A stretch of DNA of 63,404 nt, counting the filler, from Octopus bimaculoides (taxonomy: Eukaryota), in NCBI RefSeq assembly GCF_001194135.2. It is 12 parts of 11 records of this genome, joined end to end, with 100 filler letters (N's around TTAATTAATTAA, not from the genome) between each part and the next. Parts side by side here need not be neighbours in the genome. Positions count along the whole stretch, not along the records: positions 27,143 to 38,762 come from NC_068983.1; positions 38,863 to 48,645 come from NC_068996.1; positions 48,746 to 52,367 come from NC_068997.1; 9 more parts are not named here. One strand, given 5' to 3'. The position numbers and the translations under genes were made by a program. Shown here piece after piece: positions 38,236 through 50,439 of the stretch (its first letter is position 1; each line of letters starts with the position of its first letter). The notes under the pieces were generated by a model, which was not told the DNA's origin, did not search any database, and worked only from the letters and a program-made list of their open reading frames with translations.

Positions 38236-39824
38236 CGTCATAATGGTACATAGCAGCAAAGCACACACGCACACTCAGACATGCACACACAAGGAGACAG
38301 AGGTACATACATACTCACACATGCACACACATACATAAAAAAAACAAAAAAAACACACAAATGCAGAATACATACATACATGTATGCAAGCACACACATA
38401 CATACATATATACATACACACACATACATATATACATGTGCACACACACACAGACATACATACATGCATACATACATACACACACTGAGACACACGCATG
38501 CGCAAAAACAAACAAAAGCAAAAACAGAACGCAACGTAAATAACGGACAGAGTCAAGTCTATTGAAAAGGTTGCAAGACGCAGCGAAAATTTTAGGAAAA
38601 TAAAAATTAAAAATAAGTGGAAATTTTAACGGTGAGTGTGTTAAATTTTAAGGCACAATAAGAAAATTACTCTCCCCAGACACAACAGAATATGCTTCAA
38701 CACATGAAATCACATAAAAAATCTTAAAAACCAAATCCCAAAACGAAATATATATATATATANNNNNNNNNNNNNNNNNNNNNNNNNNNNNNNNNNNNNN
38801 NNNNNNTTAATTAATTAANNNNNNNNNNNNNNNNNNNNNNNNNNNNNNNNNNNNNNNNNNNNATATATATATATATATATATACGTATGTATGTTGCGTG
38901 TGTCTATGTGTGTGTATACATATATGTAGATACATACATAAATAAGCACACAAATATATTGTTCAAACACATTTATGTTAGAAATCTGAGAGCTTTTGCA
39001 TATGATATCAAAAATATGTTCCTTTAATATTTTTTCTTCAACTATTCAAATTTCTCCTATTAAGGTATGCTCCCAGTGCACAAATTTGGCATATACATCA
39101 TATTAAAGTCACTAGTGATTTTCCATCTGTGGAGGAAACGTACAGTTACTTGGCTCTGTAGTATATCGAACCAAATGCTCATTATATACATATAACTCAA
39201 AGAGAAACTTCTGAAACCACTTCTGTTCAAAATATTGTTCTTTATTTATTTAGCTTTTAATAAGTTTTATATTAGTTAATATGGTAGCATTAAAAATGCA
39301 GTATCAACCGTAACTTGAAACTCCGTCGCTTCTACAGATATCTCATAGCACATCTTTGTTCCCTTTTTTTTTTATCAGTCTCGTTCATGTACTTCCCTCG
39401 CCAACATATAAAATGCTTGTTACCGTTTTTATTTTTTTGTTTTCGACGTGACAAATCTCTTCACCAGCGAGTTACTGGCCGTTTTTTGTAAAGCTCATTT
39501 GGAATCCACACATACATACTCACACTTCTCTGCCCGAGAACACGTCGTCTGTTCGTATAATGTTTGCGTTATGTATAGGCTTTTGGTCTTCCTGTTTTTT
39601 GTTTTAGTAAACTAGTACTGGTAAAGTGATCGGTCAAAATTAACTTTTAAACTGCAATTTCATTGTGTCAAACTACTTTATACGTTTTAGCTTACTTAGT
39701 GCGTACCTCTACGTTCGGGAGAAAAAAATAGACGGAAACTCAATTTCTGATAAAGTTTATTTTATGGAAAAATCATTTGCTCATCATTAGCACTTCTGTC
39801 TGTCTATCTGTCTGACTGACTATG

Positions 39825-39825
39825 A

Positions 39826-39887
<62 letters not shown>

Positions 39888-39910
39888 AGTCTCTCTCTCT
39901 CTCTCTCGCT
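39825..39910. repeat. (TCTG)n and (TC)n microsatellite
   Basis: Visible. Confidence 0.95.
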
Positions 39911-40099
39911 CTCCTACCTATTTTTTCTCTCTTTCCCTCCCTCTCTGCAAATTATAACCTCTTTGTGTTGTTAATGTGCATTATTCTCAATGTTGATTCA
40001 TGAATACCATGCGCTTCTGCTAAAGGTAAGTTTTATAATGTAATTTATGCCTACAATTCAAGGATAAAAATACGAAAACAAGTAATGCAAGGAAAGAAA

Positions 40100-40500
40100 A
40101 AAATGATCTTCAACGTTTCGGGTGCTATTCCTTAATCAGAAACATTAGAAAAGAGATATGGTGGGAAAAAGGTTTAGGAGCCAATAAAGAGAAGTTAGAA
40201 AGAGAAAAAGTAGTCGTGGTGGAGTATGAATGTAAAGGTGACGTGTAGAGAGATGGGCATTGAGGTAAGTGTGTGAGCGGTGAGTGGAGTGATTCTTTGC
40301 TAAGAAGCTTGTGGTGTGCGAGCGATTGAGTTTGTTTGGAACATGTGGTGTTATAAATGTGTAGTATGTTGGGGAGGAAGATGAAAAAGTGTAAAATGTG
40401 AGAGGGAGGGGTGGGAAGAAAGAGCAGGTAAGAAAAGTAAGAAAGGAAACAGTGTAGTTGGTGAGAAAAGATAATAAAAGTGTGCAGGTACAAGGTTGAT
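40100..40500 (-). mobile_element. Probable Penelope-like terminal-repeat relic with a degenerate hammerhead-like motif
   Basis: CT-rich minus strand ending in CTGATTAAGG...CCCGAAACGTTGAAGA. Confidence 0.4.
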
Positions 40501-40569
40501 AAATATAGAATGAAGAAATTGTACCTTCAAATGTCAGTTAATTGTTCAAAAATAAATGAAGATAATTAT

Positions 40570-41198
40570 TAAACAAACAACAAGATCGAAGATGAAAAAA
40601 TGGGTAAAGGAAGCGTATGCCATATTTCGGGAGTTTTTGTCCCTTCATCTACGCCCATCTAATGCCTTAATCCTCCACGAACACATTGCTTAAATAACCA
40701 GCAAATACAGCGGTGTAACGTTATTGGATATATCAGTTATGCATGTTAAACACATTCCTGGAAGCTGGTGCAAAAATATTTTTCATCTTCGATCTCATTT
40801 TTTTTTACATCTGATAGGAAACATCGTAACAAAAATCAGTGTTGGCTAAAATTTCAAACGAATATCTGTACAGATGGTGCAAAGTACACTGCTAACACAG
40901 TAGAACACGGATTTACTTACAAAAGACGTTTAATATACTTTATAGTATATTACGTTTGCATAACAAAATATAGCGTCCCCACAAGTCACAAATATTGACG
41001 CATCATCTTCCAAGAATGTTTTTAATATGTAAAATTGATATATCCCATAACGCTACACCGCTGTATTTTATGGCTATTTAAGCAACGTATTTGTGGATGA
41101 TTAAGGGGTGAGATGGGTACGGACGAAGCGGAAAAACTCCCGAAATTTGGTATGTATGCCAATTACCCATTTTCATCTTCTATTTCATTGTTTGTTTA
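40570..41198. mobile_element. Foldback/MITE-like long inverted repeat with arms of about 200 bp
   Basis: 40570-40771 is the reverse complement of about 41000-41198 (roughly 80% identity by eye), with a spacer of about 210 bp. Confidence 0.8.
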
Positions 41199-41499
41199 CA
41201 TCTGATGTCTCGGATACAAAACTTCGTAGCAAAAATTACTGCTAGAAATATCAGTAGGAATAACTTTAACTAGTGATGAGGCTATCTGTTTTGAAAAAGG
41301 GTATGACAAAGTTTTTATTTTATTAATTGAATATTTCAAAGTTTTGAAAAGTTACGCAGATGGAGAGAAGTTGAAAGTTGTAATAATAATAGAACCCAAT
41401 CGTGAAGAGGAGAAATAATAGAAAATAAAGAAGTTACTAGGTCCATGAGAGGTGAATAGTGTGAAAACGGCAAAAGAAAATGTAAGCTAGAAAAGATAA

Positions 41500-41727
41500 T
41501 ATTTGTTTCTTTATTGCCCACAGGGGGCTAAACATAGAGGGGACAAACAAAGGGATTAGGTCGATTACATCAACCCCAGTGCGTAACTGGTACTTATTTA
41601 ATCGACCCCGAAAAGACTAACTGCAAAGTCGACCTCGGCGGAATTTGAACTCGCAGCGTAACGACAGACAAAATAGAGTTAAGCACTTCGTCTGGCGTGT
41701 AAATGGTTCTGCCAGATCGCCGCCTTT
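41500..41727 (-). mobile_element. SINE family 2, variant with a different 3' end
   Basis: Same head and central domain (GAGGTCGACTTTGC...GGGGTCGATTAAATAAGTACCAG), but the 3' end reads ...TTTAGCCCCCTGTGGGCAATAAAG. Confidence 0.85.
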
Positions 41728-41959
41728 AGAAAAAATAATATTGTTTAAAAAAATGTTTAAAAAATGTCTTTAAAAAATTTCAAAAGCTTAATCACTCGGA
41801 GAGAAGTTCAAAAGATGTGATATAACAGGTTATGATTTAACATATTACAATATAATGTTTGAATATAATATTGCGATATTTAAGACGATGCTGCAGTTTT
41901 ACAATTTATTAATAAAAGTCTGGTTGGTTTCTCTCATCGTATGTAATACAACAATATAC

Positions 41960-42090
41960 GCAGTCACGTGTGGTAAGAAGCTTTGATCCCACTTCGTGTT
42001 AACTTGGGCAAATGTCTTCTACTATAGCTTTGGGCCGACCAAAGCCTTGTAAGTGGATTTAGTAAATGAAAATTGAAACAAAACCGTCCA

Positions 42091-42136
<46 letters not shown>

Positions 42137-42412
42137 GCGCACACATGTAAGTATATATATATTTATACGTGTGCCATTGTGAGTGTGTGTGTATGTGTGT
42201 GTATGACTTTGTGTCTGTGTTTGCACCCTCATCGTCGATTGATAACCGCTGTCGGTTTGTTTACGTCAGCTTACACTTGCAGTTCGGCAAAAGAGACCGA
42301 TAGAATAAGTTCCCAGCTTAAAAAGAAACTAAGCTCAGGAGTCAATTCATTGGACTAAAACCCTTCAAGGTAGTGCTCCAGCATGGCTACAGTCAAAAGA
42401 AAAAAGAAAAGG
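41960..42412 (+). mobile_element. SINE family 1 with an internal (CA)n/(TG)n tract
   Basis: Colinear with 25709-26105. Confidence 0.85.
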
Positions 42413-42856
42413 AAAACATAATGAGTATATTAGTAAATATTTTTATAAACTGTAATTACAGTAAATTTATTAACTATTTCTTCATTTCTATACGTTTGTG
42501 CGTTCATATTGCAGGACGTTGTACTTTGTTTGTTTTAAGTGAAACAATTAAATGATTGCACGAATGGGTTTCACCTTGAGAGCCATTTCTATTAGACATT
42601 AACTACTAAGATGACTGTCTATATGACAACATTCCCTGTTTCATTGCACGCTTCCTTTACATACCTTATCTTCTCTCCCTGTCGCTTATCCTCCTACTTA
42701 TTTAGGTTCATTATTTCAACCGTCTACCTTCGCAGTATTAAAAAAAAGAATGATGACCTCACACACATACAAACACACCTATGCACGCGAACGTACCTGC
42801 ATACTCACGCGCATACTCACATACATGCACACGCTCACGCGCGCACACGCACACAC

Positions 42857-42893
<37 letters not shown>

Positions 42894-43061
42894 ATTTATC
42901 TTATCAAACACTGTTCTGAGCAGCTAGTATCGGAAAAACTTCAAGATAAACACTCACCATCGACAATAAATATTATTCTGACTCTACAATCAGTACCGAG
43001 TCCTATATTCAGAGTCTGTTTAGCTTAAGTAAATGCACAAATCTATAACCCAAGCAATACG

Positions 43062-43166
43062 TACAAACATAAATTCATACCGGCATACAAACATAAATTC
43101 ATACCGGCATACAAACATAAATTCATACCGGCATACAAACATAAATTCATACCAGCATACAAACAT
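43062..43166. repeat. 24-bp minisatellite (CATACAAACATAAATTCATACCGG), about 4 copies
   Basis: Visible; yields the CRYEFMFV-repeat ORF. Confidence 0.92.
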
Positions 43167-43606
43167 ATATATATATCCATATATATAAATATACATACAT
43201 ATCATATTGTATTATGCTATATTATATCATAGCATATCATATATTATATTGTATTATATTATATTATACACATATACACACATATATACACATTCATGCT
43301 CCATCGTTATATAAATGTGTGTGTGTGTGTAGGCGTGTGTGTGTGTATCCATTCACTTTCCTCTCAATGCACACCATTTATAGCAAACAACAAAATATAA
43401 TGCTAAAACCAACAAATTTTTCAGAATTTTAACTAAATTAAAGTAGTATTAATTTTTCTGGTTTCGTTTTGGTTATGCTTTTACTTTCAGAATCGTGAGC
43501 ACGAGCGAACATATACTATTAAATGCAAACATCTATCTGTCTACCAGTGTGCGTACATACGAATATAGATGTATATATTTGTGTCTACACACACATACAC
43601 ACACAC

Positions 43607-43637
<31 letters not shown>

Positions 43638-44360
43638 NNNNNNNNNNNNNNNNNNNNATATGTGTATGTATATATATACATATATACATATATATGTCTG
43701 TGTTAATATGTATATGCAGGTATAGATAGAGAGATTTACACACACACACGTACGCGCAGTTATATATGCACAATGACAAATGGAAAGCGGCACAGAGGGA
43801 GAGAGAGGAAGAGAGAAAGAGCGAGAGAGAGAGAGAGAGAGAGAGGGGGGGAGAGAGAGAGATTTCTCATTGCATGTCTTTGCAGTACGGACATGCGACA
43901 CGGAATGTTGAAAGCTGATAGAATTTTATCCTTTTCTTTTTAAATCTGTTCTGGAATTTGGTTGTGGATTACCATACGGAAAACACTGACAAAGTTACAG
44001 AAATTTTACATTCCGCTAATTGATTTTGGATTGATTTTTATAAATAATATAATATGATATAATATAGTATAAAATTTATAATATAACATAGTAGCATATA
44101 ACATAAAATATAAATTTTATAATATATACCAGCGCATACAATATTTTATGACAAAATATATGTACATTATTATATGATATAAGGTAACATAATATGATAT
44201 TAATTGATTTCCCAACTAGTATATTATAATATAGCTAAATATAATTTTAATTACATTATATATATTAGCGCAATATATTTGAAATATTTTTTTAGTAATG
44301 TCATACGATAAAAATACATTTCATATAATATAATATAAGATATGATAACATTGAAACAAA

Positions 44361-44478
44361 TATCTACGTGAAGTCCTGAATATCTACGTGAAGTCCTGAA
44401 TATCTACGTGAAGTCCTGAATATCTACGTGAAGTCCTGAATATCTACGTGAAGTCCTGAATATTTACGTGAAGTCCTG
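44361..44478. repeat. 20-bp minisatellite (TATCTACGTGAAGTCCTGAA), 6 copies
   Basis: Five identical units and a sixth with one substitution; no spacers. Confidence 0.97.
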
Positions 44479-45031
44479 TCATTCATAAATAGGCTCTTTA
44501 TGAATGAGAGACAAAAATAGGTAAGTGATAGGTATTGATTGAAATAAAAATTATCATAAATGGAAATGAAGAAAGAGTGATAATAGAAAGAAAAGAGATA
44601 TAATACTATGAAGTAACTGCCAAGCATGAAAGTGGAGCATAATTGGTTATTTAGGTTATAAACAAATACATAAACGAATACTGTTCCGAGAGTTTTACTG
44701 CGAAAAGAACCGTACCATTGCATTGGAAGGAACTCACAGATTGTCTAAAAAATGAGAACCCTGCAGGCTAAATCAGCTGATGAGATTGTAATTGGCTGTA
44801 CAATGTGGAAGACACTATTGCCAAATCTGCCTCAATTACGGGCTCAATGTTTGAAGAAAAAGCAAGGTCAGGTACTCTTAGATTTATCGACGTGGAATGC
44901 CTTCGACACTCAGAGCAATAATGTTTGACAATGTGTAAGTAAGGCATATACATATAATCACATACGTAGATATAGATGTTCGTGCATCCATATTTACATA
45001 CACAAACACATACACACAGAGAAACATATAT

Positions 45032-45068
<37 letters not shown>

Positions 45069-45262
45069 TAAAGAAGAGATATAGTTAGATGTTTATATCT
45101 TGTGCAACACAGAACATACTTGTACTCTTACAAGTATGATTGAATATGTGAACACAATCGCTCATAAGCACATTCACAAATACACATACATAAAGACACA
45201 TGCATACATACTGAACGATATTTACATATTCTATAATTTGAAAAGGAAAGGGTAATAACAAT

Positions 45263-45309
<47 letters not shown>

Positions 45310-45535
45310 GCCCGGAAGAAGATTCAGAAAAGAAGTAAAAATACCTGTTTCTTTTTTTTTTTCCTTTTACTAAGATCAAAAGACTGCTCGAAGAAAAGAA
45401 ATTTATGGTTCATGTCTTGTTAGCTAACGGCAAACATTGTTAAATACTTTACATATCAATACTAGCAGATCTTAATATTCATGTAACACAAACTTATCAT
45501 CCAGGATGTCACGTCGTAGACATTCCTTCTATACG

Positions 45536-45567
<32 letters not shown>

Positions 45568-45613
45568 TGTATTTTTGTATGTATTTATGACTGTATGTAT
45601 GTATGTATGTATG

Positions 45614-45669
<56 letters not shown>

Positions 45670-45674
45670 CAGTA

Positions 45675-45705
<31 letters not shown>

Positions 45706-45769
45706 ATATATATATATATATATGTACATAGATACATAGATACATACATACATACAATTTTTTTCTCTC

Positions 45770-45915
45770 CGTGCTTTTCTCCTTGTTTTCTCCGTATTCT
45801 TTCTGTTGAAGAGCGTAGCTCGAAACGATAAAGACTTTCTGTATTCCCGAGCGTCAAACTAATACATCCTTTTGTTGTTTACACCACCTGTCCTCGTCTG
45901 TTTTTTTTTTTTCGT
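45770..45915 (+). mobile_element. Short dispersed repeat with a hammerhead-ribozyme-like motif, copy 1
   Basis: Homologous to 58545-58690; motif TCTTT-CTGTTGA-A-GAGC-GTA-GCTC-GAAAC-GAT-AAAGA at 45798-45834. Confidence 0.7.
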
Positions 45916-45925
45916 ACATTCTCCC

Positions 45926-45964
<39 letters not shown>

Positions 45965-45967
<3 letters not shown>

Positions 45968-48130
45968 CGGCTTACCTCGGCTTAAGTCGTTTCGATTTAA
46001 GTTGTTCTCGATTATACGTCGTTTTTTTAAAAAAATTTTTGAGAAGTAAAAATCAAGTTAAGTTATTTTACGTAAAGTCTGTCCGCCACAAATATTGGAA
46101 TCGTGCGAAAACCGTTAAAAGCACATAAAATCATGTTACTGTACAACAAATAAGAAAAAAGCATGTAAAATCATATAAAAATATGTACAGTAAATGTTAA
46201 GACACACACGAAAAAGTAGAGTAGCTTAGTGAACGTAATCATGAAATCAGCTGTTGTCTTATTTATCGGTCTTTCGGAGCTCATATTGCACTGTACTTCC
46301 AATATCTACCGTTAGACGTCGTTGTCACTCGTGATTCCCGCGATTGTTTGAATTCAGATTTGTTTACGTCTGTTTATCGGCTACTTTCTGATTGTCATGC
46401 ACTTGTGACTTTATTTTTTGCTCTCATGGCCCCTAAGAATATTCATAGTGAAAGTGCTAAGTGTCATGCTACAATGTTGGAAGATTGAATGCTGGAACTG
46501 GCTATGATAAAACGCCATGAAAAAGGTGAAAAAGTGGTAGCAATTGCACGATCTTTTGGGATGAGTCGGACAACTGTATCGACGATTGTACATAATAAGG
46601 ATAAGATTTTAGCACAAATCAAATCTGAAGCTCCAGGGATGAAGAACATTGTCATCAATAAGAAAAGAGGCAAAATCTTTGAAGAAATGGAAAGTCTTCT
46701 TTCTCTTTGGATTGTTAGGTTGAATCGTCAGCGTGCTACTATTAGTCAAGAAATCATTCAAGAGAAAGTGTTGTCTTTGTTTGAGGACCTGAAGAAAAAA
46801 TATCCAGATGGGAAAAATGTAGAGTTCAAGGCAAATCAAGGATAGTTCACAAGATTTAAGGAGCGATGAAGTTATCACTCCATTAAGAAGCAAGGCGAAA
46901 GTGCATCAGCTGACGAACAAACAGCAGCGGAATTTCCTAATGCATTAAAGAAAATCATCGAAGAAAACAGGTTTTGTTTCCAAACAGATTTTGAACGTAG
47001 ACGAAACTGGACTGTATTTCAAAAAATTGCCAGACCGTTCATTCATTTCCAAGGAGTAGAAAACTATTCCAGGCTAGGAGGTCTCAAAAGAACGTGTGAC
47101 CATTATGTCGGGAGGTAATAGTACAAGAGATATTAAGTTAAAGCCATTTCTTGTGTATCATGCACACAAACCCCATACCCTGAAGAACAGACAAAAAGTA
47201 TCTCTCCCTGTTGTATTGATGGCTAATTCAAAAGCACAGATCATGTTGGTGCTTTTAAAGATTGGTTCTTTAATCATTTTATCCCGCAGCAGAGAAGTAC
47301 TTTAAGAAGAATGGGATTCCTTTTAAGGTTTTACTTATTTTAGATAATGCTCCTTGCCACCAGCAAACCATCGTAGATGTTGACCCCAACGTTACCCTCG
47401 TGTACCTCCCTCCGAACACCACGTCTCTTCTACAGCCAATGGATCAGGGAATAATTGCTATCTTCAAGCGTTACTATATGAAGCGTACGCAGAGGCATGC
47501 AAAAGTTGCAACTGATCTTGATGAGTTCATGGCACTGTGACTTTTGAAAGAGATACGATATCTACAAGGCTGTACAGAATATATTAGCGGCATGGAATGA
47601 TGTACAGAGCACGGCTATGAATGGTGTATGGAAGAAGCTATGCCCGCAATTTATGGATGATTTTAAGGGGTTTGATAATGTTGCCATCAACAAAACGTTG
47701 GTGACTACGAGCAAAGAACTGGAAATGGATTTGGAGGAGGAAGATTTCACAGATTTATTTGAAAAAGACAAGCAGCCCCTGACGAACGGGGATTTGATAG
47801 AGCTTTTCGAGCAGCAAAATAAAGAAGAAGGGGAAGTGGAACCTGAGCCGCGTCATTTTACCATTAAGAAAATGCAGCAAGCATTTGTATATATCGAAAA
47901 GTTCTTTATATGGATCCAAATGTTCAACCTTTCCCAAGATTATGGGGACTCGTCACGAAGCTTTTGTTCCTTATAATGTAATCCTTGAGGAAAAGAAGAC
48001 GAATGCAGTTCAAGGACCTCTCAACCGGTTTTTTATGCGCATCGAATAACAAGAACAGCCAGAGTAAACTGTTGATTTTGACGATCCACAGCCATCTCCA
48101 TCCACGATGTAAACCTACAAATTGTATGTA
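45965..48130 (+). mobile_element. Degenerate Tigger/TIGD-like (pogo superfamily) transposon
   Basis: CENP-B-type HTH (KRHEKGEKVVAIARSFGMSRTTVSTI), FEEMESLLSLWI, ETGLYFKKLP, LLILDNAPCH and LPPNTTSLLQPMDQGII; possible left TIR near 45965; many stops. Confidence 0.92.
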
Positions 48131-48496
48131 CATATTGGTAAATTTGAAGTAATTTAGTTTTTTTTATTATCAAAATAATAATAATTACTGAATTTGATTC
48201 TTAAGTTTAAAATAGGTTTTTAGTATTGAAAATGCATTTATTATTGAAAATGCATTCATAAATAAAGTACGGAACTAGGAATGGTTATTATCGGTTAGCC
48301 TAGAGACAAGTTAATATGCACGCACATATATTCGTAAATACTAATATTTATACATAAAATATACTTTTACATACACTTCTATTGACTACTACCATTTCTA
48401 GTACTGACGATGATGATTATAAAGTTTATGACAGCAGTAACAGCAACTGCAATAATAATACCGCTAAGCACTTCGCGTGCCAGCTCGGCGCCTTAA

Positions 48497-48531
48497 TAAT
48501 AATAATAATAATAATAATAGTAATAATAATG

Positions 48532-48585
<54 letters not shown>

Positions 48586-48597
48586 GTAATAATAATG

Positions 48598-48645
<48 letters not shown>
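48497..48645. repeat. (AAT)n microsatellite
   Basis: Visible; source of the poly-N and poly-I ORFs. Confidence 0.97.
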
Positions 48646-48934
48646 NNNNNNNNNNNNNNNNNNNNNNNNNNNNNNNNNNNNNNNNNNNNTTAATTAATTA
48701 ANNNNNNNNNNNNNNNNNNNNNNNNNNNNNNNNNNNNNNNNNNNNAACTTAACTAGATACATCCTATTTGCATTCTGCAACTAGCAGAAACATCACGACT
48801 ACAAAACCCTTGTGGTCAGTGATAGGTACCGCTACTACTACTACTACTACTACTACTACTAAGAACCGTCATTTCCATCACCACCACCACCACCCCCACC
48901 ACAACACAACAGCAACATGTCAACAAGGAAGCCT

Positions 48935-49395
48935 CTATATGGTCACTCGATTTGCTAGAAATAGCAGCTAAATCTGCATTAACTCCCATCCTACCACCTT
49001 AAGAAGAAAATAAAAAAGGACTCGTTGGATAACGTAGTCTTGAGTTCCCGGCACATAGAAATAGATGAGATGGTCGTGACTGGAACGCCTTTAGTAAGTT
49101 TTCTCGGTCAAGGCTGACTTGGAGAGACTAAGCAACAACAACAATAATAACGACAACAACAGCAACAACAACAACAATGGGAATGAAGTAATAAAGCAGC
49201 GTGTACACGTCGTTTAATCTGCTAGAAATAGCAGGCAAAACTCCCTTACATTAGATCTTACAGTATTAAACAAAGAGGTATCTATTGCACAATGTACTCA
49301 TTTGCATAAAAAATAGGATGAGCACGGCTGGAACCTGTTTGATCATAGCATCGCACTATTAGGGCTAACCTAGGGTTAAATAGTGACAACAGCAC
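48935..49395 (+). mobile_element. Two tandem copies of a SINE/LINE-like 3' repeat with (CAA)n tails
   Basis: TGCTAGAAATAGCAG...GA(T)GGTC/GCACGGCTGGAA...GGCT(G/A)AC(T/C)T occurs at about 48935-49175 and 49210-49395; a diverged relative lies near 10330-10490. Confidence 0.6.
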
Positions 49396-49651
49396 ACTAA
49401 AACAGTGGAACAATAACGATTCTGTGGTAGATGGTAAAGAGAATCGGTGGAGCACCAGATAAGATACCTTGCGGTAGTTATTAACGTTTCTTTACATTGT
49501 CAGTTCGAATCCCCCCTCTCATTCATTCTTCCGTTGCTAGTTAATGAACTATGTACCGAAGCAATATAATTAGCCACATGCTAAAAGACAGAGCAACAGC
49601 ATGACCACACTCGTAATAGAAATTTAGAGAAAATTTGCTATAATAATACAG

Positions 49652-50026
49652 CAGCGGATCTCAACCATTTTTTATCTATGGACTCCTTTGGTTATTATTC
49701 TGATGGAACTCCATGGAGATTCGTTGCTTAAATGCTAGTTTTATACATGCTTCTTTCAAAGTTCCTATTTTGTTCATCACACATTAACATGTGTAGATTT
49801 GCGATAGACCTCTCGGAGAGAACATGTTTCTGTGGCCGGAAACATGTTGAACTATGTAAAACGTTAGAGAAAGAAACTTTCTTGTTTCTTGCAATAAATA
49901 CATCTAATACGAAATAGTTTTTCAAGGACTCCTGTGGAGTCCCAATTTGATATTTTGCTTTCGTGAATCTCTAAAAGGGTTACATGGACCCCCGGAGGTC
50001 ATATGGAGCCCAGTTGTGAATCATTG
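49652..50026 (+). mobile_element. hAT (Charlie-like) non-autonomous element, copy A
   Basis: Degenerate TIRs CAGCGGATCTCAACC and GTTGTGAATCATTG; internally similar to copy B. Confidence 0.7.
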
Positions 50027-50034
50027 GTCTAGAG

Positions 50035-50309
50035 CAGAGGTTCTCGAGCTGATTTTTTTTACACCTGGACCCCTTTGATTACTATTCCAATTTTGTTTTT
50101 CATATATTAACTTGTGTTAGTTGAAAATGTTGGAAAGAGAAACCTAACTGTTTCTTGCAATACATACCAATACGTACATCTAAAGTAAATTTTTTTTCTT
50201 GGGTCCTTAAAATACTACTGTCGATCCCCAATTTACTATTTTGTTTCGTGGACCCCAGAATCTCTTATGGACCCTCAGGCACCGTATGGACACCGATTGA
50301 GAACCACTG
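50035..50309 (+). mobile_element. hAT (Charlie-like) non-autonomous element, copy B
   Basis: TIRs CAGAGGTTCTC and GAGAACCACTG; perfect 8-bp TSD GTCTAGAG at 50027-50034 and 50310-50317. Confidence 0.88.
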
Positions 50310-50439
50310 GTCTAGAGTAAAGAGGTGTGCTCACAGTTTTTGCAGGATGTTTGCGACTGACTGGATGGAAGCGGTAACGTTCCTTTTGAAAATGTGACAG
50401 ACGATGGCAGCAGGAAAAATATGTGCAGTAAAGGAATTC

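Noticed and set aside
44361-44478. CRISPR-like regular repeats
   Set aside because: Head-to-tail 20-mers with no unique spacers, no cas genes and a eukaryotic context.
44778-44815. CTGATGAG followed by an ATTGTA/TACAAT stem as a hammerhead
   Set aside because: No C-GAAA after the stem and no stems I or III.
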